A stretch of 62,343 nucleotides of DNA, counting the filler, from Sphacelaria rigidula (taxonomy: Eukaryota): the NCBI GenBank assembly GCA_964200075.2. It is 9 parts of 9 records of this genome, joined end to end, with 100 filler letters (N's around TTAATTAATTAA, not from the genome) between each part and the next. Parts side by side here need not be neighbours in the genome. Positions count along the whole stretch, not along the records: positions 55,507 to 62,343 come from CAXNAA020017831.1; 8 more parts are not named here. One strand, 5' to 3'. Below the pieces are notes generated by a model that did no database searches, was not told the origin of the DNA, and saw only the letters and a program-made list of their open reading frames with translations. The position numbers and the translations under genes are program-made. This document shows, in pieces, positions 60,346 through 62,343 of this stretch (the first letter of the stretch is position 1; the number at the start of each line of letters is the position of its first letter).

Positions 60346-62143
60346 TAATCTCGGTTTCCATGTGGACAGACGACAAGCGTGCGGGTTCCCCTCATCGAAG
60401 AGTACGAGGGCGGTAGAGACGTTCACTCTTCGCTTTACCAACCCTACTACGAGCAAACTAAAATCGGGTTGTCACGTGAAGTTTTGCCCGGAGAGCGGAT
60501 AGGTCAGATAACAAGGATGGACCGACCAGAAAATCGGCTCAAGCAGAAGCGACAAGGTGAGCCCGGCTGCAGTCAAATCCGCAAGGAGTTCGCGTCAACT
60601 GTTGTCATCGCTGTCTGTGTTTGGTCATCCTCCCGTCTTTCCAGTCTCGCCTCTTCTCAGTCTACCCTTCCTTGCCTCCTCTCAGGCGTGTTGCGTTCTT
60701 CATTTCTCGATTTTTCGTTCATTTCGGACACTGTGATTTTGATCCTGTACACAACTGATGATGACAACACGTTCCATTTCCACCAGTACTGTCAACAGGC
60801 TGTGTGTGTTATCATCCGATTTATGGTTGAAGCCAATCTACACCTGTTGGGGATGGTGTGGGAAAAACTTCCGCGTCTTCACCGGGGCAAATGGCTACTG
60901 CTATGTTTTGTTCCATCCTGGCAACCGTGTAAAACTTTCAAGCCGGTGCTCAACAACTTCGTGGAACGTTTCTCACCGGTACCCGCCAGTTTTGTAAGAT
61001 CTGTAAAGTTCATCATACCCCCGGTCGACAACTCTGTAAGGTCTGTAAGCCTCCCATAACCCCAACCCGGGTTCAACGTATACTATTGTGAGTGTATCCG
61101 ATGCAGGCAGAGTACGGGTATATGTCCGGGAGAGGTAAACATTTTGATTCAATCCCTACTTTTGTTCTGATAACTCGCACTTGTTCCCCAACCTCCATCA
61201 ATCAAACCCCCCTGGTATTCAAATCCATATGTACACCTTTCAAAATATTTTTTCAAGATTGGTACGCAGACGGGTTACGGGGTACAGTTGAGAGGGAAAA
61301 CGAAATATGGAAAGCAACCCAGACCGTCGGGGTGGACCATTCCTAGACACGAGTAATGGATCGAGTGGAGGCCCTTAATCTGCGCCACCATAGGTATCAA
61401 CTAGCAGGGTGCATGCAGGTCGTCGAATTATGGTTTGCAAGCCTATCTTGTATAGGGGCCGGCCGGTTTGTTGCATACACGGGGAATCTTTACGGATATC
61501 ATCCCTATCGGACAGTTCGGTGACTTCTGTAAAACTTTCATACCGGTACCCGAAAGTTCTGTAGCTTCTGTGAGATTTTCATTGGCCTACCCGATATTTG
61601 TCGTGAATTCTGGAAGACTTTCATTGCCCTACTCGATAGCTCTATGACTTCAGTAAAACTTGCATACCCCTACCTGACAGATCTGTGCTTTCAGCAACGC
61701 TTTCCAAATCCCACTCGATAGTTCTTTGACTTGTGGAAGACTCTTCGACCGATCCACAACAGTTCCGGGACTGTTGTAACCCTCGATATCCTTACTCGAC
61801 AGTTCTGCATTTTCTGTTCACAAGGTTTTTACCCGTATACCCTTGTACAAATATCCGGGTGCGTGTTCAACGTTCTTTGCAACCTTCTTTCAACATCTGA
61901 CAACTTCTGGATTCTCTGTAAGCCTGCTATGAACAGTGGATCCTGGATAGTGGGGTCCATCTAAAAAATGAGGTTGAAGTGACACTTCTCTTTCTCAGGG
62001 ATGACGAGAAACACTTACGACCGAGCGAAGCCATTTAACAGAGGATTCTATAAAATGAGGTTCGTCAATGAAATGAGGTTCGAGCTCAAAACAGTACTTT
62101 CTCCACGCTTTGAGCGATGGTGTCCAATGACTTTCTTGTCGGC

Positions 62144-62343
62144 CTAATGCCCCTCGATCGCGTAGATACTTCTTCAGAGCATTTATCGACTCTGTGAGCT
62201 TACAGCGCTGTCCGAAACCGCCGTTTCTACTTATTTTTAGGGGGGGGTGATATCAGGGAAAACAGCAGTTTCGGTCAGCGCTGTAAGCTCACAGAGTCGG
62301 TAAAATGCGCTGAAAAAGTATCTACGCGATCGAGGGGCATTAG
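62144..62343. mobile_element. ~200-bp hairpin MITE with ~83-bp arms
   Basis: CTAATGCCCCTCGATCGCGTAGATACTT...ACTCTGTGAGCTTACAGCGCTG / CAGCGCTGTAAGCTCACAGAGT...AAGTATCTACGCGATCGAGGGGCATTAG. Reaches the window end. Confidence 0.85.

Noticed and set aside
59928..60456. Poly-Ile/poly-Leu membrane protein ORFs
   Set aside because: They are translations of an (ATA)n microsatellite.

Overview
Eukaryotic, intron-rich, repeat-rich genomic DNA, most likely from a brown alga or other photosynthetic stramenopile (inferred from gene structure, a bipartite plastid-targeting N-terminus and the retroelement types). The window is not one locus. It is nine unrelated scaffolds of 6839, 6839, 6838 (x6) and 6837 bp, sorted by size and joined by artificial 100-bp N44-TTAATTAATTAA-N44 linkers, so nothing should be inferred across the linkers. 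Host genes (mostly partial): a type-B carboxylesterase with a very large low-complexity insertion, a 6-exon ankyrin-repeat protein, the 3' end of a KH-domain protein resembling FMR1/FXR, the 5' end of a plastid ABC1/UbiB kinase, and the 5' end of VPS33. Mobile DNA: a decayed chromodomain Ty3/gypsy element, two related gag-only relics, a Ty1/copia element lacking RT-RNaseH with a verifiable target-site duplication, a copia RT fragment, two tRNA-derived SINE families, several MITE/foldback families including a perfect 78-bp palindrome, a 3.6-kb TIR element, a possible Penelope-like relic and a 63-bp satellite. No CRISPR array, rRNA or intact tRNA is supported. The best novelty candidates are the FMR1-like protein, the SINE families and the repeat-expanded gag-only element. 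All family assignments come from motif recognition by eye, not from database searches.
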